Assembly: GCA_053919585.1 (NCBI GenBank)
Contig: CM132793.1
Source of the DNA: Euprymna scolopes
Lineage: Eukaryota
Direction: 5' to 3' (one strand)
DNA length: 64,000 nucleotides
The first letter of the stretch is position 1, and every line of letters starts with the position of its first letter. Position numbers and translations under genes: made by a program. Positions 50,201 to 63,298 of this stretch are shown in pieces. Under the pieces are notes generated by a model, which was not told the DNA's origin, ran no database searches, and saw only the letters and a program-made list of their open reading frames with translations.

Positions 50201-52902
50201 TATGTGGATATTTTTCGACAGGACTGAATGATTCCTTAAAGGATCATAACTATCAACTCCCTACCCCTGAGGAAATATTTTCTAAGTTAAATGAAGGAAA
50301 AAGTTTCACAAAAATTGACTTATCAGAAGCATATTTTCAGGTCAAAGTCCACGAAGATTGTTCTAAATATCTGACAATGAATATTCATAAAGGATTATTT
50401 TCCCTAAAACGATTGCCGTTTGGGTTGAAAGTAGCACCAAATTTATTCCAACAGATTATGGATGCCATGCTAGCAGGCTTGGATTTTGCAATGCGTTATT
50501 TAGACATTTTGATAAGCAAAAATGTTGAGCGTAAAAACCATATTCGGAAGGTATTCGAGAAAATAGAAGACTACGGATTTAAAGTGGCTCTCGAAAAATA
50601 TAATTTTGGTATGGACAAGATTGAATATTTGAGACAAATAATTGATTGGAAAGGTAGAAAACCTAACCCAAATAGGACAGAAGCAATTAGAGACATGCCT
50701 AGAACAGACAATTTAATGAAATGACAGTCATCTTTGGGTCTAGCAAACTACTATAATTGTTATATCCCAAATATGCGCGAATTAAGAGCCCCACTAAATG
50801 AATTATTGAAGAATAAAAAATGGCTCTGGACAAAAGCATGTGAGGAAGCATTCCAAAAAATTAAAAGATGTTTGCTATCGGATCTAGCATTAGCGCATTA
50901 CGATCCGAAAAAAGGATTTAATTGTAGCGGCAGATGCGAGCGAATATGGTATAGGAGCGGTGCTTCTACACAGAATAAAAGATGGATTTAATAAACCAAT
51001 TTCTCACGCATCGAGGGTTTTATTACCTGCTGAAAGAAAGTACAATCAGATCGAAAAAAAAAAGGGTTTGGCGATTGTGTATGCCGTGAGAAAGTTTCAT
51101 AGATTCATTCAGGAAGATCTTTCGTCTTGGAAACGGACCATAAACCATTACTACCGATTTTTGGTTCGAAAAAAAAAAAAAAAAAGATTCCTACTCATAC
51201 GGCAAATAGATTACAGAGGTGGAGTATTATTTTGCTCAATTACGATTTCAAAATGAAACACCTAGCATCTAGTAAAATTGCACATGCATATGGTTTGTCG
51301 AGATTGATCCCCAGTAAAAATGAATTTAAAGAAAATGTTATAGCAGCACTAAAAGAAAATGAACTAACAGATATATTAATAAATACTGTTAGTGAACTTC
51401 CCGTTACACTTGAGGAAATAAAGAAAGCAGCGAAAACAGATAAATGTATTATTAAGATAAAAAACAAGTGGGACAAGACGAAAAGAATAGAAAAGGATTA
51501 AAAGTGTTTCCATTTTCTATGTGTGATGAAATTGATGTACGCAGAGTGGTAATACCGCAAGTATTACAAAAGAAAATCCTAAAAGAATTCCACAAGGGAT
51601 ATCCTGGAATCTCCAGAATGAAGGCCGTAATGAGGATTCACGTACTGACCTGGAATAGATCAGGACATTGAGAAAATGGTGAAATTATGTAAAGGTTGCC
51701 AACTAGCCGCAAGATCTCCCCCCATATGGACGCAACTTTGGCCTAAAACAGATGTACCCTGGATACGCATCCATATCGATTACGCAGGACCTCTGAAGGG
51801 ATATTATTACCTGGTAATCGTAGATAGTATGTAAAAATGGCCGGAAATTTTAAAATACAAACACCCTACAGTTGCAAACACAAAAGCGCTGGACAAGGTA
51901 TTTAGTCGGTTAGGAGTTCCGAAAACAATTGTTAGTGATAATGGCATTATGTTCACAGGTCAAGAATTCAAGCACTACTGTGAGGCACTGGACATTGAAC
52001 ACATTACAACACCAACTTTCAATCCTCGATCAAACGGACAAGCAGAAAGATTTGTCGATACTTTTAAACGATCTTTAAAAAAGAATAATAACATCAACAC
52101 GGAAGAAAAAAAGCAATCAAAAATTATTAGCAATATATAGGATAACACCAAATACAAATGCTAAATTATCCCCAGCTGAAATGTTTGCCAGGAAGGTACG
52201 TTCGGTGTTCGACCGGTTGATCCCAAGAGAAAAAGTAAAAAGCGTATCAAGGATTATGTAAGATACAAGACTTACAATGACAGGGATAAAGTTTTCTTCA
52301 AAAATTATCGGACAGGGAAGAGTTTTTGGGAAGAAGTCATAATCTCAAGAAGAATTGGGAGAATGGTTTACATTATAAAAGGGCAGACTTTTTTCCACAA
52401 AAAACATTAACCAACTGAGACCCCGATACATAGAAACAGTAAGAAACTAAGAGTTACCAATGGAAGTGCTATATGACACTTTCCATATACAACCTCCAAA
52501 CAAGGAAGTACCAGTAACTCAGAAATCCAGTCACTCTCCAAAAGAAAAATATCGGCAAACACAAATGGTGAGGAGACGTGAAAGGAAAAGGAAAAGGACC
52601 GAATTTTTTGGACAAAGTCTAAAAAGGAAAAAATGGTAGAAGCAAACTTTTATGGAAGAATTTAGCTTGGGAGGAAAGTGATGTAATGGAATAACCTAAC
52701 ATCCCTTCATAAATGAAATGAACTATAGATATATTGACCCTCTCACGTGACTGAGGCAGAAGGAACAAAGACCGGAAGAGAATAAGAAAAGATGTCGAGT
52801 AACTCTTATGTCACATGTATTCCCTTGTAAATAAACCCCTTTGCCTTTTACCCATAACCCCGTGTTTCTTGCTGTATTCTTATTTAAAGTAAGGATATAA
52901 CA
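47247..52902 (+). mobile_element. Decayed Ty3/Gypsy (Mag/K02A2.6-like) LTR retrotransposon
   Basis: LTRs TGATGTAATGG...GGATATAACA at 47247-47374 (internally deleted) and 52679-52902; PBS TGGCGACAGG at 47377; PPT GGGAGGAAAG; zinc knuckles ~49475-49575; RT IDLSEAYFQ/RLPFG; RNase H ADASEYGIGAVL; integrase IHIDYAGP/SDNG/SNGQAERFV. Confidence 0.93.
48316..49277. mobile_element. 962-bp solo-LTR-like insertion nested in gag
   Basis: Flanked by CAAC/TAAC (4-bp near-TSD). Ends TATGAC...TTTTATA could be decayed TG..CA. Excision restores the gag frame FVQG-LTSSKDKEIRSRILS. Confidence 0.7.
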
Positions 52903-53082
52903 AAACAAAAAAATGACATTTCCCTGGGGTTATTTATTTTTGCATCTCACATGACTATGAAAAATATTCGCAAAAAACTAAAACGACGAAGTAAATATAG
53001 AACAGTTGAAATAGCAAGGTCAGTTGGTAAAACATACGTTAAACCGAATAGGATGATGAATTGACATATCAATGTGGATGAA

Positions 53083-53119
<37 letters not shown>
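53083..53119. repeat. (CA)n microsatellite
   Basis: Direct run. Confidence 0.95.
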
Positions 53120-53122
<3 letters not shown>

Positions 53123-53939
53123 GTATATTGTATAAAAAAATAAAATAAAAATGCTTTAAAAATGTTCCATTTGATAGATTTAGCGAGCGACCGACAAAAA
53201 TATGGAGGACACATTAAATTAAAAAGGAAAACTAAGAAGCCATTACACGGAAAGAATTCTGCAACCACCCCTGTATATTAAGAGGGATCGGAAATTCTTT
53301 TTAATTAGTCATATCCTTATTTTTGTGGGTTCAATATCTTTGACGTCAGAAAAACATCTGCACAGCAGAGTACCCGGATTACAGTCGAATTCTTTTATTT
53401 TTACTGTTGCACCATTGTAGGCAACTTCCTATTAACACTACTAAACTCTATATTAATAAAATTATACGACCATTTCTCGTATTTTTCCCCGTCTCTATGT
53501 AACGTATATTTTATTTACTTGCTATTATTGAAGAATTTCTTGAAATAAAAAATGAAATAGCTTAAACAACGAAATCAAACGTTTTAACAATTCTATTTCC
53601 AAAATATAATTAAGAGATTCAATCCACCGGAATACATCACGTTTCGTTGTAAATCAATCAGTTATTGATGTGGACCCAGAATTAAGACCACGAAAGGACA
53701 ACTCGAAACAGGGTATAGGTTTTAAAAATATATTGAAAAAAAAAGCAAGGTTAGAGAAAAGTAGTGAGGTAAGTTATGATAACTTGTCAAATAGATAATC
53801 CCGTTCCCATTTCCCCGAGAGAACTTGAAACTCGATTAATATAGCATTTAGAAGAGTCCATTAATAGGTAGGTAACAGTCCCATAACAGTTATGTTACTA
53901 AATTTTTGTGATGAAGATTAGTAATTTCACTTAGTTGAA

Positions 53940-54128
53940 TCATTCGAACTACTGTTCTCACTTTGACAACATTTCGGCTGATGTAACCTCTGACGTTTAC
54001 AGAGCGTATTTTGTTCTGTGAAACTGATTTTAGAATTCCACAGAACAAAATACTCAGAAAATGAACGGAATTTCTTTATTTAATCCACGGATGTAATACG
54101 CTCACGTCCCGTTAGCCATGAACAAGTA
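53940..54128 (-). mobile_element. Headless copy of the hammerhead-tail SINE-like element
   Basis: CATGGCTAACGGGACGTGAGCG..TTAAATAAAG body; GTCAGAGGTTACATCAGCCGAAATGTTGTC..TGAGAACAGTAG tail. Confidence 0.6.
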
Positions 54129-54784
54129 GTACATGTCATTTTTAAAAAATATTTTCTTATTAATAAAAAAAAAATGAATTACTTCATAATCCTCCGAAAT
54201 TTGGAAAGAATTTTGAAGCACTTAAACCGACAAATAGAAAGTCATTTCTAGTTTGGAAATTTTTAGCAAATTCCTATGAAATGTACAAATCCAATATTCT
54301 TAATAAAGATTAAATTCAGTATTAACTTAACAATTATGGTTTTATAACAATTTGTGTCAATTCATTATTTGGTGATGAAATGTTAGCGTAATAAAATTTT
54401 AATTTGAAAATCTTAGTCAAGACAAACAAAAACGCCATAGTTAATAAAGTGACAGAAAATGAAAATATTCTGGGGGAAACTTAGGATAGAACAGCTAGTG
54501 TATATTACATTGAAAGCGCCATATTAAAATAATGAATTATTTAATTGCTTATCCAAAAATATCTATTTTTCATGACGTCATTATTGCCCACTAGTTCAGC
54601 CAACTTTTGAATGTTTGACAAATTCATTAAGATACGCAAATTGATGACCTTTCAAAGAGATGAAGAAAAAGACATGCAGGAATAGATGAAAACAAGCATA
54701 TTATGTATTTAATGTGTGGGACAGTTTTCCGGAAGAAAAAAATGACTTGCGGAGATGTAATTTGAACAAATGTCAATAAGATAC

Positions 54785-55748
54785 TTGCTTGAATAGTGTT
54801 GTGGTATCAATTCGCTAAAACCAGGCCCAAACTCAAACAAAACCAACCTGCCTTCTCCCTTGAGGCTTGCATTTACGAACATCCGTGGGCTTGGAACTAA
54901 TTTAAATGATGTCGAAACATTTCTCCTAACAAACACCCCGGATATCTTAGCACTAAGTGAAACTAACTTATACTCCTCCATCCCTTCTAACTACTTTAAC
55001 ATGCCTGGCTATCTCCCACTCTGCTGTAAGGACTGACAGACATATGCACGGACTTGGAGTCTACATTCGTAACACCCTCCCCTTGACTAGAGAAACAAAC
55101 CTAGAATCGGACGATCAAGCCTTTATGTGCTTTAGACTAAACATACAACATAACATTAGCTACTTTTATTTACTCTACCGCTCTCCCTCGACCCAGGACT
55201 GCACCATAATAAACAAAGTCTCTGACAGCATAGACATCACTCTCCCTCGACACTAGCGCACAAGTACATGTATTTGGTGACTTTAATGTTCACCACAAAA
55301 ACTGGCTTGGATTCTCTACTTACACAGATGCAGCGGGCAGCACAACACATAGCTTCGCTATATCTCACTCCCTATCACAAATAGTTACGTTTCCAACCCG
55401 TTTCTCTGACCAGGAAGAACACGCATCGCTTCTAGATCCGTTTCTGACCACAGTTCCCGAGGATTGTATAACAAATGCTGACAGCCCACTCGGGAACGCT
55501 GATCATGCAGTGATAATGGTCGAAATAGCCCTAAACTCTAGACCCAAAACTGAAGAGCCAGTGCTCAAATCAACGAGATATTATAAAAAGGCTGACTGGG
55601 AAACCATCAGAGATCTTATCAGAGATGCCTTATGGGGAAATATTTTTTCTCTTCTTGCTGAACAGTGCGTAAATGAGACCACTGAATGGTTCAAAACAGC
55701 AATTGAAGCACATGTTCCCATGCGGAAATTTTATAGCAAGCTTTTCTG
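54785..55748 (+). mobile_element. LINE APE-endonuclease region (CR1/L2 group), decayed
   Basis: FTNIRGL..PDILALSET..GLGVYIRN..LYRSPS..VFGDFNVHH..PLGNADHA..YKKADW. Confidence 0.88.
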
Positions 55749-56093
55749 AGTAAGAATTTAATTCATATGTGTTAAGTTAGCACTTGCTAGTTGATGACTT
55801 CATTATTCATTGTTTTATTTCTTTCCATTTTAACGTTTTATTTTCTTCCTTTGCTATAACGTAACATTTATAAACAATTTATATTAATTGCTGGTGTCTT
55901 TCTTGGCAATACCCAAAGATGCCCTTAATGGCTATAATCCCCAAAATGGCCGTACCAATCTTGTTCATACTGGCAGATGTTTATAGTCGAAATCTATTTG
56001 CGTGCGTGAGAAACTAATTCATATGAATAGAAGCAAACTGATTTATAGCAGATTGGACAGCTGAAAGACAATCTTAGTATTGGAAATTTTAAA

Positions 56094-56390
56094 GACTCGC
56101 GGCGTAATGGATAAAGTACTAGGTAAAATTCAGTTATAAGTGAGCCTCTCTTGGAGGTTACAGGTTTAAGCATCAGTATAGGCAAAACGAAGAATACAAT
56201 TACGAGAAAGTCCTATTCTCATGGGTTAAATAAACATTTCATTCGAAATTACGTGTAGATTCCAGAGTTTGGCAGAAAGATTCTTAAGTTCAAAGAAAGT
56301 TGGAAGTTGCATCGGCCAAAACGTTGTGCAGATAACATTCACCATGAGAACAGTAATCCTGAGAATGTAAACAATCAAAATGTTAGAAAT
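56094..56390 (+). mobile_element. tRNA-head / hammerhead-tail SINE-like element, old copy
   Basis: A-box-like CGGCGTAATGGATAAAGTACTAGGTAAAATTCAGTT, body GGTTAAATAAA..TTCGAAATT..TTCCAGAGTT, decayed motif AAGAAAGTTGGAAGTTGCATCGGCCAAAACGTTGTG, tail ATAACA..ATGAGAACAGTA. Confidence 0.6.
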
Positions 56391-56829
56391 TTGTCAGTGT
56401 TTATTATGATGTTTTTTCAAGGGAAGTTCTTTTTTGTTTTGTTTGGACGGTGTTTGAGCCTCGTTACGACTACACGAGATCCCCATGTATCCCTTTCTTG
56501 TATAAACTCATATGCCGTTTAAACTATAGAGGGGCATGATATAGAATGTCCACATTAATCAATATTTTAATCCTGTTGCTAATCTTTTTGGCTTTTACAT
56601 AAAAATAATCATTTTAACATGAACGAACTTCCCCGCAACCTTGTCACACTAGTAATAAAAAGTAGCAGCGATTTCGAAACGATAAATCACTATGGATTAT
56701 CGTGTCACGGATTCAGGATATTTGATTGGAAATGGATGTAAAGCTTTTTTTCTTCAGAAAAAAATTGGGTTTAGGACGAGAAAAATGCCCTATTCCTTTT
56801 CTACCCTATTTTATTTGCTTAAGCCTTTT

Positions 56830-57232
56830 TAATTGCTTATACCTAACAGTATCGTGTACCTCTACAAAGCCACCATTCACCAATGCATGGAATATTGTTG
56901 CAACACCTGCACTGGTTCATCTGCAACGATCCCGAAAAAGCGTCCCCAATCTAATAGGTCTTGAACTATCATCGAAACTTCAACCCCTACTCCATTACTG
57001 AAATATTGCACCCGTTCCTGTTTTACGACGTTAATACATCTTACTAACCCAACAAACAGCAAAATCCAACCCCTTTACTGTAGAGGTCCTTAGTTACCGG
57101 AAAACCTATTCTAATAATTTATTTTCTCGAACTTCTAAACTTTGTAATTCTTCCAGTTTCCCAAATTGTACAAACATGCAGTAGTTTAACTGAAACGCGA
57201 ACAAACATCTAACCGCTCAATTCCCTACTCGT
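56830..57232 (+). mobile_element. CR1/L2-group LINE subfamily B remnant
   Basis: Degraded homology to 59155-59640 (NLIGLELSSKLQPL). Confidence 0.75.
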
Positions 57233-57659
57233 TGAGTAAGGCGACTCAGCAGATTACTCGAAACGTAGCAAGATTCACTCATCTACTACACTAATCCAAC
57301 GATATATATCCCTTTCGTGGGACATAGTATTCGAAACGAACCAACAAATAAAAAAATCTAATGATGAACGATTCCAAAGCTCGTAATTTAAAAAATAACA
57401 AAGATGTAAGTAAAAAATTATCGTAAGTGAAAAGTTTTTCCTTTCCATTGTGTAAACTTAACGATGGAATGTGTAAACAATTTTATTCAATTCTTACAGA
57501 AAGTAAGAACTTGCGTTTTTCTCTTGTTTATAACCCTCCCCCCCCCAAATCTACAGCAATTAAAGTAATGTTTCCTGGTGGATACATTACTTTAATTGGT
57601 GGATACACGTTAATGAAATCGAAAAATTTCAAAATTAAAGCACTTACTGACAATTTACA

Positions 57660-58745
57660 CCAGCAATTCCATCATCAACAAAAACAATTCCGACAACAAT
57701 TAGAACAACAAAACCAATTCCGACAACAATTAGAACAACAAAACCAATTCAGACAACAATTAGAACAACAAAACCAATTCAGACAACAATTAGAACAACA
57801 AAGCCAATTCAGACAACAATTAGAACAACAAAGCCAATTCAGACAACAATTAGAACAACAAAGCCAATTCAGACAACAATTAGAACAACAAAGCCAATTC
57901 AGACAACAATTAGAACAACAAAGCCAATTCAGACAACAATTAGAACAACAAAGCCAATTCAGACAACAATTAGAACAACAAAGCCAATTCAGACAACAAT
58001 TAGAACAACAAAGCCAATTCAGACAACAATTAGAACAACAAAGCCAATTCAGACAACAATTAGAACAACAAAGCCAATTCAGACAACAATTAGAACAACA
58101 AAGCCAATTCAGACACCAATTAGAACAACAAAGCCAATTCAGACACCAATTAGAACAACAAAGCCAATTCAGACACCAATTAGAACAACAAAACCAATTC
58201 AGACAACAATTAGAACAACAAAACCAATTCAGACACCAATTAGAACAACAAAACCAATTCAGACACCAATTAGAACAACAAAACCAATTCCGACAACAAT
58301 TAGAACAACAAAACCAATTCCGACAACAATTAGAACAACAAAACCAATTCCGACAACAATTAGAACAACAAAACCAATTCCGACAACAATTAGAACAACA
58401 AAACCAATTCCGACAACAATTAGAACAACAAAACCAATTCCGACAACAATTAGAACAACAAAAACAATCCCGACAACAATTAGAACAACAAAAACAATCC
58501 CGACAACAATTAGAACCACAAAAACAATCCCGACAACAATTAACACAGAAAAACATCCAACAATAATTAAAACAGAAACAATTCCAACAACAATTCCGAG
58601 GACAATTGGAACAAAAAATATTCTGATAAGCATTTGAACAACAAAACAATTCAACAATTGGAAAAAAACAAAACAAAAAAAAACAAAACAATTCCGACAA
58701 CAATTTAAACAGAAGTAATTCCAACAGCAAAAACAATTCCAATAA
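57660..58745. repeat. 30-bp CAA-rich minisatellite (CAATTC[A/C]GACAACAATTAGAACAACAAA[A/G]C)n with degenerate flanks
   Basis: About 28 tandem units at 57685-58540. Confidence 0.95.
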
Positions 58746-59061
58746 TAATTTGAATAAAAATCATTCTAAGCAACAATTGTAATAAAAAATTGGAATAATA
58801 AAAATAATTCCAACAAGAAAATAACAATAGATGGTATTCCAAAAATAGTCCAAATCATTTTTGAAAGACGTATTAACAGGTTCAAAGGTGTTTTTTGGGC
58901 GAAAGAATTTCAGATTCGTCCTCAGAATTTAAATACTATTCATATATTCATTCAACGTTACCAGTTTATTTTGTAGGGTTTAAAAAATATTTACGAAAAG
59001 ATGCGAACGACGAGAAAAGAAAATACTATTATTACAAAATATAACTACGTAAATGTATTTA

Positions 59062-60665
59062 GTTATTTTTTTTTTATTATCTTTTCACTTCAAACAAGGC
59101 ACATTGCCACTTTGATGTAGGGGGCTACTATCAGGGACCTAAGTTGCAAGGGTACTATGTAGGGAGTTTAGCAGTAAGATATCTGTTCACATTACGCTTA
59201 AACTTCTGCATATCAGTACAGTTGAGAAAGTAAGAAACCGGAAGAGAATTCCAAAGTCTAGCAGTTCTGGGGAAGAAGCTATTAGAGTAAAAGGCTTTCT
59301 TACATCTAGGGATCTCTACTGTGTAGGGGTGGGACTTTGCTGCTTGTCGAGTTTGTCGGGGGTATTTTCGTCGAGAGGATACGAGGGATTGTAGTTCGTC
59401 AGAGCATCCACTATTAAAATACTTGTAAAACAGGCAAAGAGAGGCAACATTTCGTTGGTGGGACACGGGCTGAAGCTTAGATGACAGTTCAGGACCTATT
59501 AGGTTGGCGATTCTCTTTTGGACCTTGTCCAGGAGCGAGAGACTAGTAGCAGATGTACCAGCCCAAATGTGACAGCAGTACTCCATACATGGAGTAATGG
59601 TAGCTTTGTAGAGGTACAGGATACTTTCAGGCATAAGTAACTTTCTAGCACGGTAGTGGGAGCCCATCTTCTATGCAGCAGCCTTGGCAATGATCTTGAT
59701 GTATCTATTCCAACGCAGGTTTCCTGTGAACATTAAGCCAAGGAGCTTGAACGAAGTGTTCTCAGGTAAAGTATCTCTAGCCATAGCTGTTGGTGGTTGG
59801 TAAGGTTTCATGTAATTATTAAAGGAAACTAGCTTTGTCATGGCAGAGCTGAACGTTATCATCCATTTTTGATCCTATTCCACTACAGACTGAAGGTCTT
59901 CCTCTAAGGTTTCTGTCATTACCTTAGATATGTGCTTATTAATTTTTCCCATGTGCTGTTTGTAAAGCGTGGTGTCGTTGGCAAATATACCCATCTCAGA
60001 GACAATGTTATCAGATAAGTCATTTATGAATATCAGAAATAATACAGGTCCAAGGATCGATCCCTGAGGTACACCCACATTTATATCAAAGCTTTTTAAC
60101 GTACGCCCATCGAGGACAACTTGGATTCTTCTCTCATTTAAGAAGGATCTAATTATGCTAAGCATTCGTCCAGTATACCATAGGATTTTATTTTCATGAG
60201 AACATCATTGTGTCATACCCTGCCAAAAACCTTAAATATATCTAGGGCTACTGCCCTCCTCTCTCCTGCCTTATCCAGTGCTTGGTATAAACGTTCAGAG
60301 ATTACAGTTAGAATATCTGCAGTAGAACAGGCTTGCCTAAATCCATATTGGTGGTCAGTCAGAAGTTTAGCAGCTATAAGGTGGTGGACTAGAGCTTGAT
60401 TAATTAAGGACTCAAATATTTTGGCAAAAAGAGGAAGGAGGCTAATTGGGCAATAATTTAATGGATCAGTTCTTTTGCCAGAGTTTTTGTAAACTGGTAC
60501 CACAGAAGCAGTTTTCTAGCAGCCAGAAAAGCAAGATTCGTTAAGGCATTTGTTAAAGAGTTTAGAGAGAACTTGGGCAACCTCAGCGGAGCATTTTTTT
60601 AATAGCACAAAAGTAATGAGATCAGGTCCACATGCTTTTGAAGTGTCTAGGATTTTTATGATATC
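59062..60665 (-). mobile_element. CR1/L2-group LINE subfamily B, RT region to 3' end
   Basis: KACGPD, PVYKNSG..DPLNY.PISLL, QYGFR, LDIFKVF, GVPQGSILGP, FAND, YKATITPCMEYCCHIW. Confidence 0.92.
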
Positions 60666-60689
60666 ATATTTGGGAATATCTATAAAATA

Positions 60690-61247
60690 TATATATAAAA
60701 GCCAAGTACGTCCAAGGATGGAATACTGTTGCCATATCTGGGCAGGAGCTGCCAAAAACAGCCTATCATGCCTTGACAGAGTACAAAATAGACTTCGTGG
60801 CTTAGTGGGGGATGCCCTTTTCTCTACCCTGCAACCCCTCTCTCACAGAAGAGACGTTGCGAGCCTATCCTTGTTTTATCGTTATTTTCATGGCAGGTGC
60901 TCGTCTGAACTCCAATCCCTGGTCCCTCCTCGCCAATCTTTCACGAAAAACACCCGTCTAGCTGAATCCAATGTGAAAAATTTCCCCCACTCTATATCTG
61001 TGCCTAAATCAAAACGCGGATTCCATGAACAAAGCTTCTTTCTTAGAACTGCATGCCTGTGGAACTCTGTTCCGTCTTCCTGCTTCCCTCCGGACTACAA
61101 CTTGGATGTCTTCAAGTCTAATGTTAACAAATTCCTAATGAACCGCCCCCTTAAGTAAACACTCCATCAAATCTCCACACTAACGTAATGTACTTGCAAT
61201 AACCCTTATCCCTGAGTGGCTTCCGGGCCTTGATAAGTGGTGATCAC

Positions 61248-61279
<32 letters not shown>
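60690..61279 (+). mobile_element. Young CR1/L2-group subfamily A 3' end with poly(A), nested in a subfamily B element
   Basis: Uninterrupted frame YKSQVRPRMEYCCHIW...NRPLK*, 3' UTR and a ~27-nt poly(A). Confidence 0.92.
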
Positions 61280-62148
61280 GGGTGATTTTCAGTTCATCTA
61301 GTGTGATTTCTGTCCGTAGAGGAAAAGGTAGAGTTTTAGGCAAACTGATGGGCAAACATGTTAGCTTTCTCAGTTGCTGTGCAAACTACCTCATGATTGT
61401 TGGATAGTGGGGGCATTGTTGATTGCCTATTATTTACTACGCTATTGTAGAATTTCTAGAAATCATGAGTTCCTAATTTCTTCACTTCAATGCGTTTCCT
61501 GGTGGTTTCAGTATATTCACTCTTAACTGTCACTACTTCTTCATTACAATTACTTCTAACTTCTCTATACTTTTGTCTGTTTAGTACTTATGCCGGATAA
61601 ATCTACGGTATGCATGTTGCCTCTAAGCAATGGCAGCTGCACATGCAGAAGTAAACCATTGAGGAGAGTGAGGTTTGTTATAGAACTTCCATGTAGGAAC
61701 ATGTGCTTCAATTGCCACTTTGAACTATTCAGTGGTCTCATTTGCGCACTGTTCTGCTGGAAGAGAAAAGATATTTCCCCATGGGGCGTCTCTGATATGA
61801 TCTCTAATGGCATCCGAGTCAGTCTTATTGTAGTACCTTGTCGTTTTGAGCAATGGCTCTTCAGCTTGGGGTAGGGAGTTTAGAGTAATGTCTATCATTA
61901 ACACAGCGTGATCAGTATCACAAAATCCTCAAGAACTGTAGTCAGAAATAGATCCAAAAGTGAGGCTTGCTGGTCCTGTCGATCTGGGATGTTTCTGTCT
62001 GTGTTAAGGAATGGGATATAGAAAAGTTATGGATGATGCTACCAGCTGTGTCAGTGTAGTTAGAGAAGCCAAGCCAATTTCTGTGGTGGGCGTTGAAATC
62101 ACCAAATACATGTATTTGGGCGCTAGTGTCAAGGGAGAGTGCTACATC
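61280..62148 (-). mobile_element. Upstream continuation (endonuclease/tether region) of the 59062-60665 LINE
   Basis: VFGDFNAHH, LGTHDF..IVNSVVN, PFPLRTEITLDELKIT leading towards IIKILDTSKACGPD on the other side of the insertion. Confidence 0.85.
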
Positions 62149-62239
62149 ATGTGATACATGTCTTTAATCCTTAAATAAAGTTATTTAGGGAAACAACAGA
62201 ACTTTTCTCGCAAATTATCGATAAAAAATAATCTGTTTC

Positions 62240-63298
62240 ATACTCGATGTAAATATTTTAATATCGTAAAGCAAGAGGATGATCTTGTCAACTCAACCAG
62301 GTGTCCTATTTAATCAAAGTGATATAAACAAAAAGCAAAAAGTTCTCCTGGAAGAGATGGCATCAGCTATAAGCTCTACAAGCGATGCCTTATACTTCTA
62401 AAGCAGCTTTTCATCTTTTTGTAACAAATGTGGAAGAAAGTGGAGTGTTGATACTACTCAGAAAGAAATATATCTGCCAAAGGAGAGTTCAGACAAATAT
62501 AATTTCTGAACGTTTATGGCGAAAAATTTCTTGTTGGTCGAGTAATGAACTTTGTGCAGAAGAACGGGTATATTGCTGAGTGTTCATAAAGCAGGGCTAC
62601 CAGGTATGCCGAGATGTGTTGAACATGCATATTGGATTTGGAATGCTATATAACAAGCAAAGAATGGCAAGGAGAACCTGTCAATCATCTAGCTAGATTT
62701 GGCAAATGCCTATGGATCAGTGCCGCACAAATTGTTTAAACTAGTTATTGAATATTTTTGGATCCTTTAGAGGATTCAAAATTGATGAATAAAAATGACA
62801 ACTTTGTAATGAGATTCAAAAGTTCACAACTAAGTGGCAACAACTGGAAGTAAGCATTGTGGGGGTATGCACAATATCGGGTTTTGTTTGTGTTAGTTAT
62901 GAAAATGCTACTAAAAATCAACAGACTTGACAATATTATTCAATCGTTATGGATGTAATCTTACGTGTTTATTTCAATGTAACATATCAGATAGGAGTCA
63001 GGGAATGCAGATTTATAATGATGCAGTGGAAGGACTTCTGGGCATCGAACGATCCAAGTTATCAAAGTTCAAGCTATGGTGCCTGCAATTTGGTCTCTAT
63101 CCAAGACTGCTTTGGCTACTAATGATTGATGAGATTACAGAATCTAGAGTGGAAATGATTAAAAAGAAGTATAAAGCTGGAAAAGTGAGGGCAGTCATGA
63201 TGCTACGATATTCAAAAGATCACAAAATCAAAAATGGTCCACCACGTGAAAACTGGATGCAGATGGAAGATAGAAGATGCAGCGGATGAAGTAGAGAC
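62240..63298 (+). mobile_element. HERO/NeSL-like (RLE-type) non-LTR retrotransposon remnant
   Basis: AKSSPGRDGISYKLYKRC, KAGLPGM..CVEH, LDLANAYGSVPHK, KFKLWCLQFGLYPRLLW, YKAGKVRAVMMLRYSKD. Confidence 0.75.

Noticed and set aside
47242-52907. Definite TSD for the second Gypsy element
   Set aside because: The flanks AAAAA / AAACA lie in A-runs and are not diagnostic.
57427-58742. 379-aa Gln-rich and 355-aa Cys-rich ORFs as genes
   Set aside because: They are open only because the 30-bp unit lacks stops. There is no recognisable domain or splice support, so they are kept as a repeat.
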